The notes under the pieces are model-generated. The model was not told the DNA's origin. It saw only the letters and a list, made by a program, of their open reading frames with translations, and made no database searches. A DNA stretch of 64,000 nt. Origin: Calcarisporiella thermophila CBS 279.70. Lineage: Eukaryota > Fungi > Calcarisporiellomycota. Made by a program: the position numbers and the translations under genes. Of this stretch, positions 1-13,364 are shown one piece after another (position 1 is the stretch's first letter; each line of letters begins with the position of its first letter). The stretch covers positions 313,608 through 377,607 of the forward strand of contig NW_027192208.1 in assembly GCF_041956535.1 (NCBI RefSeq), given 5' to 3'.

Positions 1-712
1 CATGGCGGGCACGGAAGTTATTATGAGTATTGAGGACAACGTCTTTCAGACTATTGTTTGCACCGCTATTGTTATTGTTATTAATGTTGCCATTGTTATT
101 GTTGTTGCTGCTTCCATTGCCATTGTTTAAATTACTGCCGCTACCGTTGTTGTTCACAGGGGGCCGACTGGGAATTGGGCGCTGATTCCCGTTATTGGGG
201 CGCTTATTTCCAGAGTTGGGACGCTTGTTACCAGTATTAGGACGCTTGTTTCCAGAATTAGGACGCTTATTTCCAGTATTGGGACGCTTGTTCCCCGTCC
301 CGTTTTTACGATTACTCACGGGGGGTGTAATCGGGGAAGGGCTCTTTTTCGGGCTCGTAACAGTGCTGCCTTTAGTGTTAGTGGCGGTCTGATCGTTTTT
401 CACGACGCGATTGGCGGCCGGCGCCCGTTTCTTGGGAGTGAAGTCGAACTGATGCAGGAAGCGGCTGCCCTTGTAGATATAGATGTGATACGTATCCTCG
501 CCGTCGCGCTTCTCCAAGTCCGCGGCGGCGTTCTGCAGGAATTCATTAAGATCATCTCCCTGCCAGGGGAGAAAGCCTTCACTCTCAAGCATGCCTTGAT
601 CATTCAGTGGGGCAGCAATCGTCGAGGTTCTGTTCTCTCCCATCGCACCGGGCGAAAGGATGCCAAGCAAGAAGGTCGTAACGAAAAATGAATAGGAGAC
701 TACTTTGAACAT
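1..712 (-). CDS. Secreted CAP/SCP/PR-1 (Pry-like) protein, 5' part; runs off the window edge
   Basis: Not in the ORF track because it has no stop in the window. Hand translation from ATG at 712: signal peptide MFKVVSYSFFVTTFLLGILSPGAMG, Kex2-like DLEKR-D, NKRPN(T/S)G repeats, Asn-rich linker, then LKDVVLNTHNNFRARH, the typical first helix of a CAP domain. Confidence 0.8.
   Translation of the reverse strand, partial: MFKVVSYSFFVTTFLLGILSPGAMGENRTSTIAAPLNDQGMLESEGFLPWQGDDLNEFLQNAAADLEKRDGEDTYHIYIYKGSRFLHQFDFTPKKRAPAANRVVKNDQTATNTKGSTVTSPKKSPSPITPPVSNRKNGTGNKRPNTGNKRPNSGNKRPNTGNKRPNSGNKRPNNGNQRPIPSRPPVNNNGSGSNLNNGNGSSNNNNNGNINNNNNSGANNSLKDVVLNTHNNFRARH
188..292 (-). repeat. Coding tandem repeat, 5 x 21 bp, encoding NKRPN(T/S/N)G
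   Basis: Units such as AACAAGCGTCCCAATACTGGA and AATAAGCGTCCTAATTCTGGA differ mostly at synonymous sites; a partial sixth unit (NQRP) follows. Confidence 0.9.
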
Positions 713-1247
713 ATTTGCACGCTCGAGATTAATAAGGTATTCGAGGGGAAAAGGATTCTTAGAGAGGCGACAGTGAATCGGGAGAAGGCAAACTGAGCTG
801 AACCAGCCAACTTCAGTGGAGAGGAAGGGAGAGGAAATGAAGGGAAAGGGAGGAGCGCGAAGTCGACAGAAGACGCAATTAAAGTATTGAGGTGGAAAAA
901 CAAAAGCTGGAACGCAGAGCGGCCTTTGGAGTAGGACTTATATGTCCGGTTTGCTGAGTTCTCACCCGCTTGTGTGAAGAAACTCGGAACCTATCTCTGG
1001 AATAAGCATCACTTGAGATTTAATGCACTGAACAAATTTCAAGCATTTTGGAATATGAATTTGGCCGCGAAAGGTGCCTCCTCTGTGAGGGTGTGCTGTG
1101 TAACCGGGTTCTTGGGGATCCCAATTCGCACCAACAGCATCAAATGAACCGGCCAATCGTGGGCGGTGTATTTAATTGAGATGGTTGACAAGGAGGAACT
1201 TTCCAAAATAGGAGAAAATAGCAAAACAAGAGAAATTCAACACTAGT

Positions 1248-4200
1248 TTATTCTGAGTAAATCGTATTGATGGATTCGAGCCGTCGTACCTTCCATCCAC
1301 CCTCCTCATCCATTTGTTGATCCTGTTCCCCAATCACTGCTACAGCATGGTTCCCCTCGAGTTCTTGCAGGCCTAGATACCGCCCGGCAGCCTCCTTAAC
1401 ATCATCCTCCGTCACGCTTAATAGGGCTTCTCGACGACGCTGGCGCATTTCGTCCGACACGCCATCCGCGAAGCTGAACATACCCTCCTCGGACACACTC
1501 TGAGGGGCGTCCACGCTCTGGAAGATAGAGAGTTTGGCTTCCGTCAACTCCTATTACATTCAAGGTATAATTATTGGGAGGTTTGGGAAGGTGAGTCAAA
1601 GCACGTGGACAAACCTGTTCGCTGAACTTATTTCGTTGAATCCAATCAATAGCACGAGAGAAGGTCTCAAGTGTAGCCAAGTTCTGCGGGTCTCTGTAGG
1701 AGTAGAAAGAGAACAGTCCATTCAGCCCAGCGTAACGAGCCCCGCCGCCATAGGCACCATTCTTCTCGCGTATTTCTTTATGCAAGAAGTGCTGTGTCAT
1801 GAGAGAGGCCAGGACCTGGAGAGTTTGGTACCAAAAATTAAAATAGATAAGCAAATTGTGTACAGATTTCTCCCCAAGGATAATGTAACGGGAAAGTGTA
1901 CCTGGAGCTTAGCTCCGTCTGCGTGTGTATATGGTACAGCGCGGAAGCATTTCGATGTGTAGTTGACTGAAAATGGCATAGGGAACACGGATTTACCGAA
2001 ATGAGGAGTGAATTTAGTCTGCGCCAAGAAGAGTGAGCCAAAGCAGTCAAGAACAAAGATGACAAACACAAGCAACATCTCCCCACAACTTACCTCATTT
2101 GTGTTCGCAGCAATACCACCCTCAGGAAGACTACGAACAAATTTGGACAGCCCTTGTTCATTAGCAGAGATGCTTTCCTCTCCACAGGTGATGGCCACTC
2201 GAAGGGCGTGACGCTTCAATACCAGAGTGGCAATCGTCTGTAATAGATAGAAAAAGCAGAGACATCAAATAAGCGAATAAGCATCGATTTTGAAACCTCA
2301 ATACTCACCTTCAATTTTTCTACCACTTCGCTAAGGTCGTCCATTGCTGCCAACCTGTTCATAAATTCAACTTGCGTCATACCATTGAAAAGTTCAGCCG
2401 TATGCTACAACCATTTAAAATATCATCATCAGTTTGCATTCAATAGCAAATATAGAAATAAGGAAACGGACCATTCCAGGTGTCAGGGTCGAAGAGGCGT
2501 AAGTGCGCGCAAACAAATGTCCCGAGTCAGCAATGGAAGTTGCAAGATTCGAAGCAGTCTAGATTAAAGATAAGAAAAAAAAAAACATTAGACAGAGGTT
2601 TGAGAAAGGGAGATGAGAATAACTAGTCACCCCGAGGATCAGAGTGCGAAGGCGCTCCACATTTTCAAAGTTGGTCTGGTGGATTAAAGTTTCCGTCAAC
2701 TCGTACATTTTGTCGATATTCCGGTCTAAACAGTTTGAAGTCAACACGATTCCTTCTTCAACCTGGTCGAGATCTAATTACAAAAGTTTTACATTAGCAC
2801 TTGAGAGGGTGGAGGAATTGGTTCCCTAGTAGCTACCGGAGTGATTTGTCGACAAGAAAGTGGATGCACGAATCCCTCCAGTATAAAGCCGAATATCATC
2901 GTCTATTTCCGCCATAGAGCGGTCTTTAGTGCCAAGCGACGTGAGGGCCTAGAGGATATGGGAATCGAAACGTGAAATGTGCCATCTATTGAATAGACTG
3001 AAAAATAGAGTACTCACATCGCAAAACAAAGGCAAATACATTTTCAGTTCGGCAGGTAAATCACTGATGGTATTGATAGTACGGAAGTATGTCAACCCAT
3101 TAGTCGAGGTCGTCCTCCATTGGACTGGGGTGTCTTCTATGCCCGCGTGCTCTAGAGCGAAGCGTTCTGTCTTTTTAGAAATGTCATTCAACTGGAGGGT
3201 CGGCAGACAATTCAGGTCCTCCTTCTTCTCCTGGTTTTCCAGGAGTTTAATGCCCTTCTGGTAGATGTCACCTTTGTCGTTCTCGGTTAGTTTAGCAAGT
3301 TTAGCGCTAAGTCGCTTGTTTTCCTCTTCGGCTAACTGAGCCGAGTAAGTGTCGGAGGGCAACATCGTGAAGGAGAGCCTATGTGAATTACCAATCAGGT
3401 ATTTCTTGATAAGCGATTCGAAATACCCCCCTTTTTCGATTTCCCCTCGCAACCTATTGATGTTCTGTAGGAAACACAATATGTGTCAAGTAATTGGCCA
3501 TGATTTGTATAAGTCATTATATAAATACCTTGTTGATTTCCAGCAACTCGATCGGGTTAGAGCCATTAAACCATCCTGATGCGACCCCTTGAAGGATAGA
3601 GAGCCCAAAATCGGCCGTTTTCTAGAAACGAGCGGAGAAATAAGAGAGATAATGGCTGGATAAGAAAACAAACTCTTCCTACATGTTTCACACCCATTTC
3701 CATTCGATGAATTGCAGCTTCAATTCGTTTAGGGTCAAATCCCTCTTGACTGGTCTTTTCAAGAGTTGAATAAATGGCCTGCTCGATAGCTGGGATATCT
3801 TCAGCTTTTGCACCTTGAACCCCAAAGGAAAAAGAGCTAATACTAAAGGGCCAAAATTCAAAACCGACCTTAGAAAAATTCAAATAACAGGCAAAAGCTT
3901 ACTTTGTTGATGCATCGTATCCTGTATTGGGGGAGAAATCAGATCCAAGATTCGTTTCTATCAATGCCTTATAAAAGGGGGATGAATGCCCGTTGTGAAG
4001 TAGGCTTGAGAGAACGCGCATTGAGAATGTTTCGAAAACATCCTACCGGATCACAAGAATATTCATAAGAAAATGGAATGGAGTCTGGCAAACAATCCCG
4101 AAAATACCTTCACATCGTTTGTCAAGTACGAAATAGAGTATTTCGCCTGCCTTTCCGGATTTGCGACTACTCGCCAACAGCAAAAAAAAAATTATGAAAA

Positions 4201-5570
4201 AAAGTCAGCTAAAAGGAGAAAATATATCTAGCCTATCAAACCTGGGTCGGGAGGGCATGGAAGACTAACGCTCACGGGTGAAGTAAAGCGTTGGACTGAG
4301 GAATTAACTTTAGGAATATCAGCTCGATCGAACTCTTGGATTTTCAAGTTGATGGTATTCAAGTGATCTTCAAGCGGAATAGTTCCTAAAAAAAATTAAG
4401 AAAACATGATTGTATATCAAGGCCATAATTCAACAATGGAGTAAATCTATGCACCATAGGTGAAAAACTTTGCATTGCTTGGATGGTAGTGGGTACGGTG
4501 GAAATTGACCAAATTCTGGTGCGTAAGGTCAGTGATGGACTGAGGATCACCGCCGCTACAATTCGCGTAGATAGTCCCGGGGAACATGTGCTGCTGGGCG
4601 CGGATGTAAAATAAATAACTCGGGTCGGACTAGAGAATGATAGAGATAGAGTGTAAACGGTCAGCAAATTAAGGGGCCTATATTGGCATCGACAAGTATA
4701 CCATTTGTCCTTTCATTTCATTATAAACCACCCCCTTAAAAGTGATAGGGGACAATTTGTCTGTAAAAAAATGAAAGTGCATTAATTATAAATGAAATAA
4801 GAGTTCGAGATTCGACTATACCCCGTGGGTTTGAATGTTCCAGTCTCCAGCCTTCCTGCATAAAATCTAGCTCATGCAATAGAGGGTTGAAAACAGCATC
4901 CATGTACACATTGCGTAGATTAGAGAAATCAGCAAGGTTTGTCGTGGCAAATGGGTAGTAGGTATAGTCGAAAGCTGGAAGAGAAACAGGTTAGGAGAGA
5001 GATGAATTTGAACGAAATATATTTTACTCACCAGTGAATGCATTCATGAAATTGGACAGACTTCGGTTAAGCATTTTGAAGAATGGATCTCGGACTGGAT
5101 ATCTCCGGCTCCCACACAGTACAGTGTGCTCCTAATATTATGAAAGTGCATAAATAGAGGGCAATGGGCTTAAAACAAAGCATCAAGGCACTCACAAGAA
5201 TATGGGGTAGACCGGTGTTATCCTTAGGGGGAGTTTTGAATCCCACGCCGAAAACATTATTTTTGTCATCGCGAGCAATATGTAAATGCTCAGCACCAGT
5301 GCGAACATGTCGTGAATGGATTACATCCAATTCTAGCTCGGGGATTCGACTCACTTGATGAATCTGAAAACCGTGCAAGTTGTCTCCAGGCTTCACTGTG
5401 ACTTTTAATCAGGAAAACAATAAGGGAGTGGGCGGTGGATTCAAATGTAAGAAATGATACCAACCCTGTGGTTTTGTACTGTATGCATGGGAACGATAGC
5501 ATCGTGAACGCAACAAAACGGGTAAGATATGCTTTTTGTTGTGTACATTATGCAAAAGTTGAGAGGACAT
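1248..5570 (-). CDS. CYM1: Mitochondrial presequence protease (M16C; Cym1/PreP/PITRM1), multi-exon
   Basis: Exons give [60 protein letters not shown] (inverted HxxEH zinc motif) and [17 protein letters not shown]...FYSYRDP. ATG at 5570 begins an Arg/Ser-rich presequence. Confidence 0.95.
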
Positions 5571-5713
5571 CACTGAATTCTAGGTGAATTCTTGGCAGGG
5601 CCAGCTTGGTAGGGGGCGAGCGAAGGAGAGGAACAAGAGACGCGATGTGACTACTTTTCTGTATAAATTCGAAAATATACAACAGCATTGTTAAGAAATA
5701 GAATGAATTAACC

Positions 5714-6965
5714 ATGTCAAGATCGTTGCATCGCTACTCAAGCCTCCCGTCGGCCATCCGGTCCCAAACATCGCCAAAAATTCACCGTCTACAGCCTTCC
5801 TTTAATGCCCGTCTACTCTCTTCTGCACCACCAGCGCCAGAGGAACCAGCAAAGCCAAAACCTCCCCCCCGTTTTGGTGTCCCTATAAAGCCAAGCGTTG
5901 ACGAACGGTCAGTATTTGAACGTGTTCGAAGTCGAATTACAGAGCCATATACACGCGAGAAGAACCTAGAAACACGGGAATATTTGTGAGTCTTTATTTG
6001 AAATAGACGATTTGAGGTTTACTAATGCAGCATACCATCTCCCAGAATGAAAAAACTCGATGAATCCTATTTTAAGGATATAACAGGTGAATCTCGACTT
6101 TCCCATGATTTGGCAGGTCGACCCATATGCGAACTATTTTAAATGTCATTCGATATTATAGAACTTCGCAAACATGGAGGCAAGATGTGGGAAGCTCAGA
6201 CGAAACTTATCCGCGCCGAGGTAATTATATTAGCAAAGCGAATCCTTCACATGTTCTAACAAGATGTCAAAACGCCTTTTAGAAAGCACTCTATATGCCG
6301 AACATCAAAGGAACCTCTCTCGATAAGCGACAGACGAACTTGGTTGATTTAATAAGCGGAAAAACGTCACTGGTTGCGTTTAGCTTCGTCCAGCATGGAA
6401 GCGTAAGATTTCAAAATAAGTCTATAGAAAAGCCGCTGCTGTAGCTATTAATGCATATCATTTCGCTTCATTTAGGATCAACTCAAATCATTTATCGAAC
6501 CATTTGTAAAGGAGTTCAGGGGGAAACAGAACATCGAGCTGGTCGAGGTAGCCGCTGCATCATTTCAGCTATAAGAAGAGCAGACATTCTAATCCCTCTA
6601 ACGCATCTTTAGCTAAATATACAGGAGAATCCCCTTAAATCGATGCTTGTACGGCTATTAATCCCAAACATTAGACATAACATCCCCACAGATAGACATG
6701 TAAATGCCACACTGGACTTCTACTCACGTGAGAGAGTGTTAAATTTTTATTTTGCTAGTCCAATTATATCATACACTACGGGAATATCGAACGATTACGC
6801 GATGCTCTTGGAATGACCAACACTCTCCTTGGGTACGTGTTTCTCGTTGACAACGAGTGCAGGATTCGATGGGCGGCGCACGGAATTGCGACGGAGCAGG
6901 AGTTGCAGAGTATGCGACTGATGACCCGTGCCCTCCATGATCGCAATACAAAAAAAGGCACATAA
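5714..6965 (+). CDS. ATP10: Mitochondrial ATP synthase assembly factor Atp10, multi-exon
   Basis: Presequence-like N-terminus; KLIRAEKALYMPNIKG; C-terminal LGMTNTLLGYVFLVDNECRIRWAAHGIATEQE is typical of Atp10; stop TAA at 6963-6965. Confidence 0.9.
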
Positions 6966-7211
6966 AAGGAGAGAAGGCGCAGCAATTTCTTTTTTTCGTG
7001 TTCCAATCTTTTTCTCTTGTGTTCTCATATTGCCCTCATCTTCGAATTGGAATTCGAGGAATAATAAAGGGGAGAATTACCTTTGCTTTATGATTACTCA
7101 AACCGCCATTGCTATTCCAAACTCTATCGCCACTTTTGGTATTGCTCTCGAATCATCGGCCTTTCCCTGAATCGCTTTAATTAATACGTGCCAGGAAATT
7201 CTACCGCGAAG

Positions 7212-10200
7212 ATGAGCTCGGCTTTTGGCGACATCCGGTACAGAAAGACAGGGTACTCGCTTGTTGATCCTGTCTCGGATCCCATTCAGCATGAGGACGA
7301 CAGCATCAAGGAGAAGCGGCGGTCTACCCCCAGCGGGTTTCTGGGGTTGAATGGAGCAAGTACAGAACGCAGCGAGAGCAAATATGGCAAGATGCGCGTA
7401 TCAGAAAAGACGACCCACGCCCAACAATGGAAGATTATAGCCGGAATTCTGGTCATTGCGCTCTTTGTGAGACTCTATTGGATCAGTCACCCAGAATCGG
7501 TCGTGTAAATTTTTTTGTCGGATTAGTGCATAGGAATCGGTGTATGTAATGATATTCTTTCTACAATCCTAGCTTCGATGAAGTGCATTTTGGCGGGTTT
7601 GCGTCAAAGTATATCAAGGCAAGATTCTTCATGGATGTTCATCCGCCGGTGAGTTATATGCCTGCCTCCTTTTTTTTTTGCTCGTCGCAGGCCCTGAACT
7701 CCTCACTTACCTCTGTTGAATTAGCTCGCGAAGCTACTCATTGCGGCTGTAGCCAAAATTGCCGGTTTTGATGGAAACTTTGACTTTAAGGAGATTGGAC
7801 TGTAATTATAATCCTATACAATACTTCTAATGACCCGTGTAACAAATCGCTTTATTAGGGATTATCTGGAGCCCAAGGTGCCCTATGTTGCGATCCGCCT
7901 ATTACCGGCAGTGATGGGCGTTGCCTTAGTACCAATCGCATATCTGACCATAAAATATTCGGGCCATTCCACCGCCGCTGCGATGCTCGCCGCATTGTTG
8001 GTCACCTTTGGTAAGGATTTATCAGTATATCGTCGCTGCACAACCGCGTTTATGCTAATGAATCATTTCATAAAAAGAAAATGCACTCACTACCCAGAGC
8101 AGGCTCATTCTTTTGGATTCCCCATTAATATTCTTTACCGGCGCAACCATACTAATGTGGGTGAATTGGTTTAACCAGCATCATCGGTGAGCCACGTTTG
8201 AATTTTATTCCCAAATCGAACTCTTATTAATCTATTCCTTGCTCTAGGCCATTTACGAAGTTATGGTGGTTCTGGCTTGCGATGACTGGCGTTGGGCTAG
8301 GGCTGACCGCCAGGTAGACCTTCTAAAGATCTGTTTTTTTCTCCTCCACCCCTTAATCATTCATCTGTTTTAGTTGTAAATGGGTTGGGCTGTTCACCAT
8401 CGCCACTATCGGTGTTTCAACCATTAAAAATCTCTGGGAACTGTGGGGTGATCTGAAAATTGAAATGGTATGGTGACAGATTCTCTGCCCTTCTTTATTG
8501 CCGGATATACCCCTAACGCTCTTTACTTTTTAGCCCGTTTTTATTAAACATTTTATCGCACGGGCCATATGTCTAATCATTATCCCTATTATCGTATACA
8601 TGTTAATGTTCGCCATTCATTTCCATGTGCTACCGAACAGCGGCGACGGAGATGGCTTTATGAGCTCCGAGTTCCAGCAAACACTCGCGGGACATCATTT
8701 GGAGCCCCAGCCTATTGGTAATTTGCCTATACCGGAGGAACACGTCCCTAGACCCCACTCATCTTTGAATTCTGCATAGACATTGCCTACGGATCCAAAT
8801 TGAACATCCGGCATCTTAATACGCACGGAGGCTATTTGCACTCCCACTCGCACAACTACCCAGGGGGCAGCAAACGTAGCTATACAAGTCCATTTTCCAA
8901 TATAAAAACCCTGACTCACTCCCCCTCTTTTCTTGACAGAGCAACAAATCACTCTTTACCCACATAAAGACGAAAATAATATCTGGGTCATTCATCCCCA
9001 AACCACCCCTGCCAAACCGTATAATGAGAGCGACCTGCAATGGGTGAAGAACGGAGACATCGTTAGGCTCGAGCACATTATGACGAACAAGCGCCTGCAT
9101 AGCCATGACGTGCGACCCCCCATCACAGACGTGGACTACCAAAACGAAGTCAGGTAAGTGACTGAGCGCTAGGGCTCCTTGTGGATTGGGAGACTTACAT
9201 GACTGACCCTCCTCTCCATAGTGGTTATGGCTTTCCAAATTTTGACGGCGACTCGAACGACTTTTGGCGCCTGGAGATCACGGAGCACGACTCTTCGGAT
9301 CCCACTGCAAAAGATCGGTTGCGCACGATCAACAGCAAATTCCGCCTCGTGCACGTGAACCAGGGATGCCACCTCTTCTCGCACCCTGTGAAGCTGCCCG
9401 ACTGGGGCTTTGAGCAGCAAGAGGTGACGTGCATCAAGAGCGGCAAATATGCCAACACGGTCTGGTTTGTTGAGTCGAACGAGCACCCGCTGCGTAAGTC
9501 TTCTCTTTCGATCATGCTTGACTCGCAATGGATCTAACGTCTCCCCCCCCCCCCCCAGTCCCCCCCCGACTGCTCCCAAGGTCAACTATCGGAAGCCCGG
9601 ATTCTTCAAGAAATTCATCGAGCTCAACAAGGTGATGTGGAACACAAACAAAGGGCTCACAGATTCGCATCCCTATGACTCGCGTCCTCCCTCGTGGCCT
9701 GTTCTGCGCCGAGGCATCAGCTTCTGGGGCAAAAATCAACAGCAGGTTTACCTGCTGGGCAACCCGTTCGTTTGGTGGTGCTCCACGGTGGCCGTCCTTG
9801 CCTACTCCATGATCAAGGGGGTCCTGACTCTTGTTGAGAAACGAGGGTACAAAAACAACTTCGGCGGTATGACATCGCGTGGATCCGCGCTTTTTGCTCT
9901 CCTGCGATCTTTGACGCAGTTAACCTGCAATTTTATTGTTTAGGCCTGCGCGAATTCTACGACTCCAACGCCGGCTTCTGGTTCGTGGCTTGGTCCCTCC
10001 ACTACTTCCCCTTCTATCTCATGGCGCGCCAGCTGTTTCTACATCATTATCTGCCCGCGCTGTACTTCGCCATCTTGCTCTTTTGCGTCGGGTTTGATTT
10101 GGCAGTACGTCGCCTCAGCCCGCGCCAGCGCCTCGGCGTCACCCTCGCGATTGTCCTGATAGCCGTGCTGGTGTTCCGCCTGTTCTCGCCCATCACCTAC

Positions 10201-10452
10201 GGGCTCTCCTGGACAAGAGCCCAGTGCGAGCGCACCAAATGGATGAGCACATGGGACTACGACTGCAACAACCTCCCCGAGACGCTTCCGGTAGGGGCGC
10301 CAGAAACCACTGCCCCCACCGCGCCCGAAGTTTCTCCGGCCGGGGATGAGAAAAAGGATGCAGAGGCGGGCGCTAGTCCCGAGGTGAACGCGAAAGCTGG
10401 GGACCAGTTCGAAGTGGAGCAAGCTGAGGCGGACATGGAAGACGTGGATTAA
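7212..10452 (+). CDS. PMT1: Dolichyl-phosphate-mannose protein O-mannosyltransferase, PMT1 subfamily
   Basis: VVFDEVHFGGFASKYI..FFMDVHPPLAKLL; MIR domains (VRLEHIMTNKRLHSH); SHPYDSRPPSWP; RQLFLHHYLPALYF. Confidence 0.92.
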
Positions 10453-10890
10453 GGGGGGATAAAATACAGTAATACCTCTTCGTTCTTAGCACGATAAGAG
10501 GCGGGGAAATGTGCTTTACCAACCAAAATCTTGCCGTAGTGTCGCGTATTCCTTGTGTTTTATTATTTCCTTTCTTTTCTCTCGGTTTTTTTTTTTCGTG
10601 TGTCTTTTCTTTCCTTTTCGTCTTTGATAATCCTCAAGGTTAAAATGGTTTTATGGGAGGAGCTTTTTTTTTCTCCTTTTATATACATTTTTTTTTAAAA
10701 AATATATCTTGCTTCCTAGTGTAAATGTTATATAATAGATTAACGGAGTGAATAGAAGAGCGAGGTTCACGGAAGAAGAGCATCGTGATGAAGGCTCAGC
10801 CCAAGGAGCGAGGCATGCACACAAAAGACTATGTTTCTTATTTATTGCATAGGTTGATATTCTATTATAGCGATGGGGTTATATTACAAA

Positions 10891-11200
10891 NNNNNNNNNN
10901 NNNNNNNNNNNNNNNNNNNNNNNNNNNNNNNNNNNNNNNNNNNNNNNNNNNNNNNNNNNNNNNNNNNNNNNNNNNNNNNNNNNNNNNNNNNNNNNNNNNN
11001 NNNNNNNNNNNNNNNNNNNNNNNNNNNNNNNNNNNNNNNNNNNNNNNNNNNNNNNNNNNNNNNNNNNNNNNNNNNNNNNNNNNNNNNNNNNNNNNNNNNN
11101 NNNNNNNNNNNNNNNNNNNNNNNNNNNNNNNNNNNNNNNNNNNNNNNNNNNNNNNNNNNNNNNNNNNNNNNNNNNNNNNNNNNNNNNNNNNNNNNNNNNN
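10891..11200. other. Assembly gap (310 N)
   Basis: Run of N flanked by AT-rich sequence, between two convergent 3' ends. Confidence 1.
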
Positions 11201-11344
11201 AGTATGAAGGGTTAAAAATAACAATCTACAAAAAAAAGTAAAAAAAAAAAATAAAACCCATATACCCGTTCTATGAAATTATATATATATATAAAAAAAA
11301 AATAAAATCTAATATATATTATAATATGATAATAAACTCAATAT

Positions 11345-12885
11345 CTAGGACCAAATTGCGGCGTATGAGCCACATACTCCTTGGTAGAGCGGCCCTCCTG
11401 TGGTGAGGAGCCGCATCCCACTCTCGTCGTACGTCATCGAATGGACTACGTTGCAGGCATAATTGGCCAAATGATGCTGCAGCTGATTGTCATTCCAACA
11501 CTAAACCGAGATCAGTCATAACTCATGCAGGAAAAAAAGGGATAAGAAACTCACCAGCCAGCCATGGCCTGTCTCGAACCACTCCTTGGTCTGCTGTGGG
11601 CAGTCACCGCGAATGCTGGACCCGGCCAAGTCGACGTAGGCCCGAGCCCTCAAGTCGTAGAAGGAGATGCGGCCGAGGCCACCTGCTACGGCCACAACGT
11701 GCTCGCTGAATGCCAAACTTCGCACGCCCCACTCCTCGTCAAGAGAGGGGGCGGTGTGCACCTCCGAGCGCATGCGAGAGTCAACGAAGGCAACCTGCGC
11801 CTGCGAGCCGACCGCAAACAGGCGCTGGGAGGGATCGGCGGCGGTGGCAACAAGCTCGCGGGCATCGCTCAGCGCCACGAAGGAGGCGAGATCGCCGCGG
11901 CGAGCATCCCAGAATTTAAGGAGGCCGCGAGTCGAGAGTGCGGCCACCTGGTCGGCTGCGCCGCTATACAGCACGGATCGCACCTTTCCGTTTGTCTCGT
12001 GGCGCGTGAGGATGGAGGTATAGGTGTCGACCTCGGCATCGAGAATGGGGAGCTGGAGGGTGTGCTGCGACAGCTGGGAGAGAGACCAGAAGCGCAGGCT
12101 GCCGTCGCGGGAGCCCGTCGCAAATGACTCGTCGGAGAGCCAGGCCGCGGTGAAGATCATGTCGGCATGGCCCTACAATCACAGAGCGGGGTTAGGCAGT
12201 CGGTTCCACGGCCCGAGGCCGATGCTGGCGGGATTGGCGGATACTTACGTCGAAGATGGCCACGGGTTTGAACGAGGGCAGCTCGTACACGGTCAATCGG
12301 AACGGCTTTCCGCCGGCAATGAGCAGCCTTGTGCCGGATGGATTGATGGCCAAGGACCGGATGCCAAAGTCGAGAGGCGCAGGCAGCTCGCGGGTGGCCG
12401 TGCCGGTGATCTCACCAATGGTCGGGATCTGCACCCGGCGGCCGGAATTGATATCATAGTGCAGCAGCTAGGCCAACAAAAGAGGAGTTAAGCTTTATGA
12501 AATCCAACCCCCCCGCATGGCGCACATAAGGCAATCTGCTTACCGTGTTGCACTTGCTGCCCAGGACGACCTCGTGGTCCGACAGCCAGACGCCGGAGAA
12601 TATCTTGTCCATGTCCGACAGCTCCAGCTCGTGCTCGCGCAGCAGCGCAGGCATGCGCGAGGCGGTTCTTGACAGGAACTGCTTGTGGGGGAAGGCGGGC
12701 GCGCGCATGGTTGGGGCCGTGAGCTCGCGATCCCGCAGCGCTCGCACGCTGCTAGTGTGGTGGCCACCGGCGTAGCCGGGGGAGGAGAAGGCGCCGTATC
12801 TCCAGGACTTGGGGACATGGGAGAAGGAGGGGCGCTTGATTGGCGGGAGCAGGGGCATTTCAGTGGAGGAGGCGATGATGTTCAT
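11345..12885 (-). CDS. DCAF12: WD40 protein, DDB1- and CUL4-associated factor 12-like
   Basis: DKIFSGVWLSDHEVVLGSKCNT, GIRSLAINPSGTRLLIAGG, HADMIFTAAWLSDESFATGSRDG and C-terminal YDESGMRLLTTGGPLYQGVCGSYAAIWS parallel animal DCAF12 as recalled (KVFASQWL..VVCGTKCNT; ..GGPL..G..GNYAGLWS). Confidence 0.85.
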
Positions 12886-13364
12886 GGTGAGTGGCTAATC
12901 CCGTGAATGCACAAGCGGGGGCGTTGGAATGCAGGCTGGGGGGGGGAGCGGCGAAGGGCGCGGCAGGGAAAGGCGGGCGAAATGGGGGCGGGGGGAGGGC
13001 AAGAGGCGAGGAAAGGAGGGGCTGTGAGCGGTTGATGAGAAAAATGAGCAGGTGAGGGGCACGAGACCAGCAAAGAAGGGCAGGGAGAAATTTTAAAGAC
13101 GGAGAGGGACAAAATGAAAATAAAAGGGGAAATCCCTTGATCCGATGGGTCAGGTTTCGCAAATTTTTGTGTTTCCTGGGCCTGTGTTTGGCTCCAGTCT
13201 GGCTCTTATTGTTTGTTCTGTTCTAAGTGCGGACGGCGGGCGGATCAGGATTAGTACTCATAGATACAATTCAACAACGTACAAGAAATGACTAAGGCTA
13301 GATAACAGGATTATGACCATAGGTTTAAGAAACACGAAACACAGCACACACAGCGAGCAAAGCT

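Noticed and set aside
188-292. CRISPR-like reading of the 21-bp repeats
   Set aside because: The units are contiguous without spacers and are codon-structured within a eukaryotic CDS.
10785-11241. ORFs spanning the N run
   Set aside because: Artifacts of the assembly gap.
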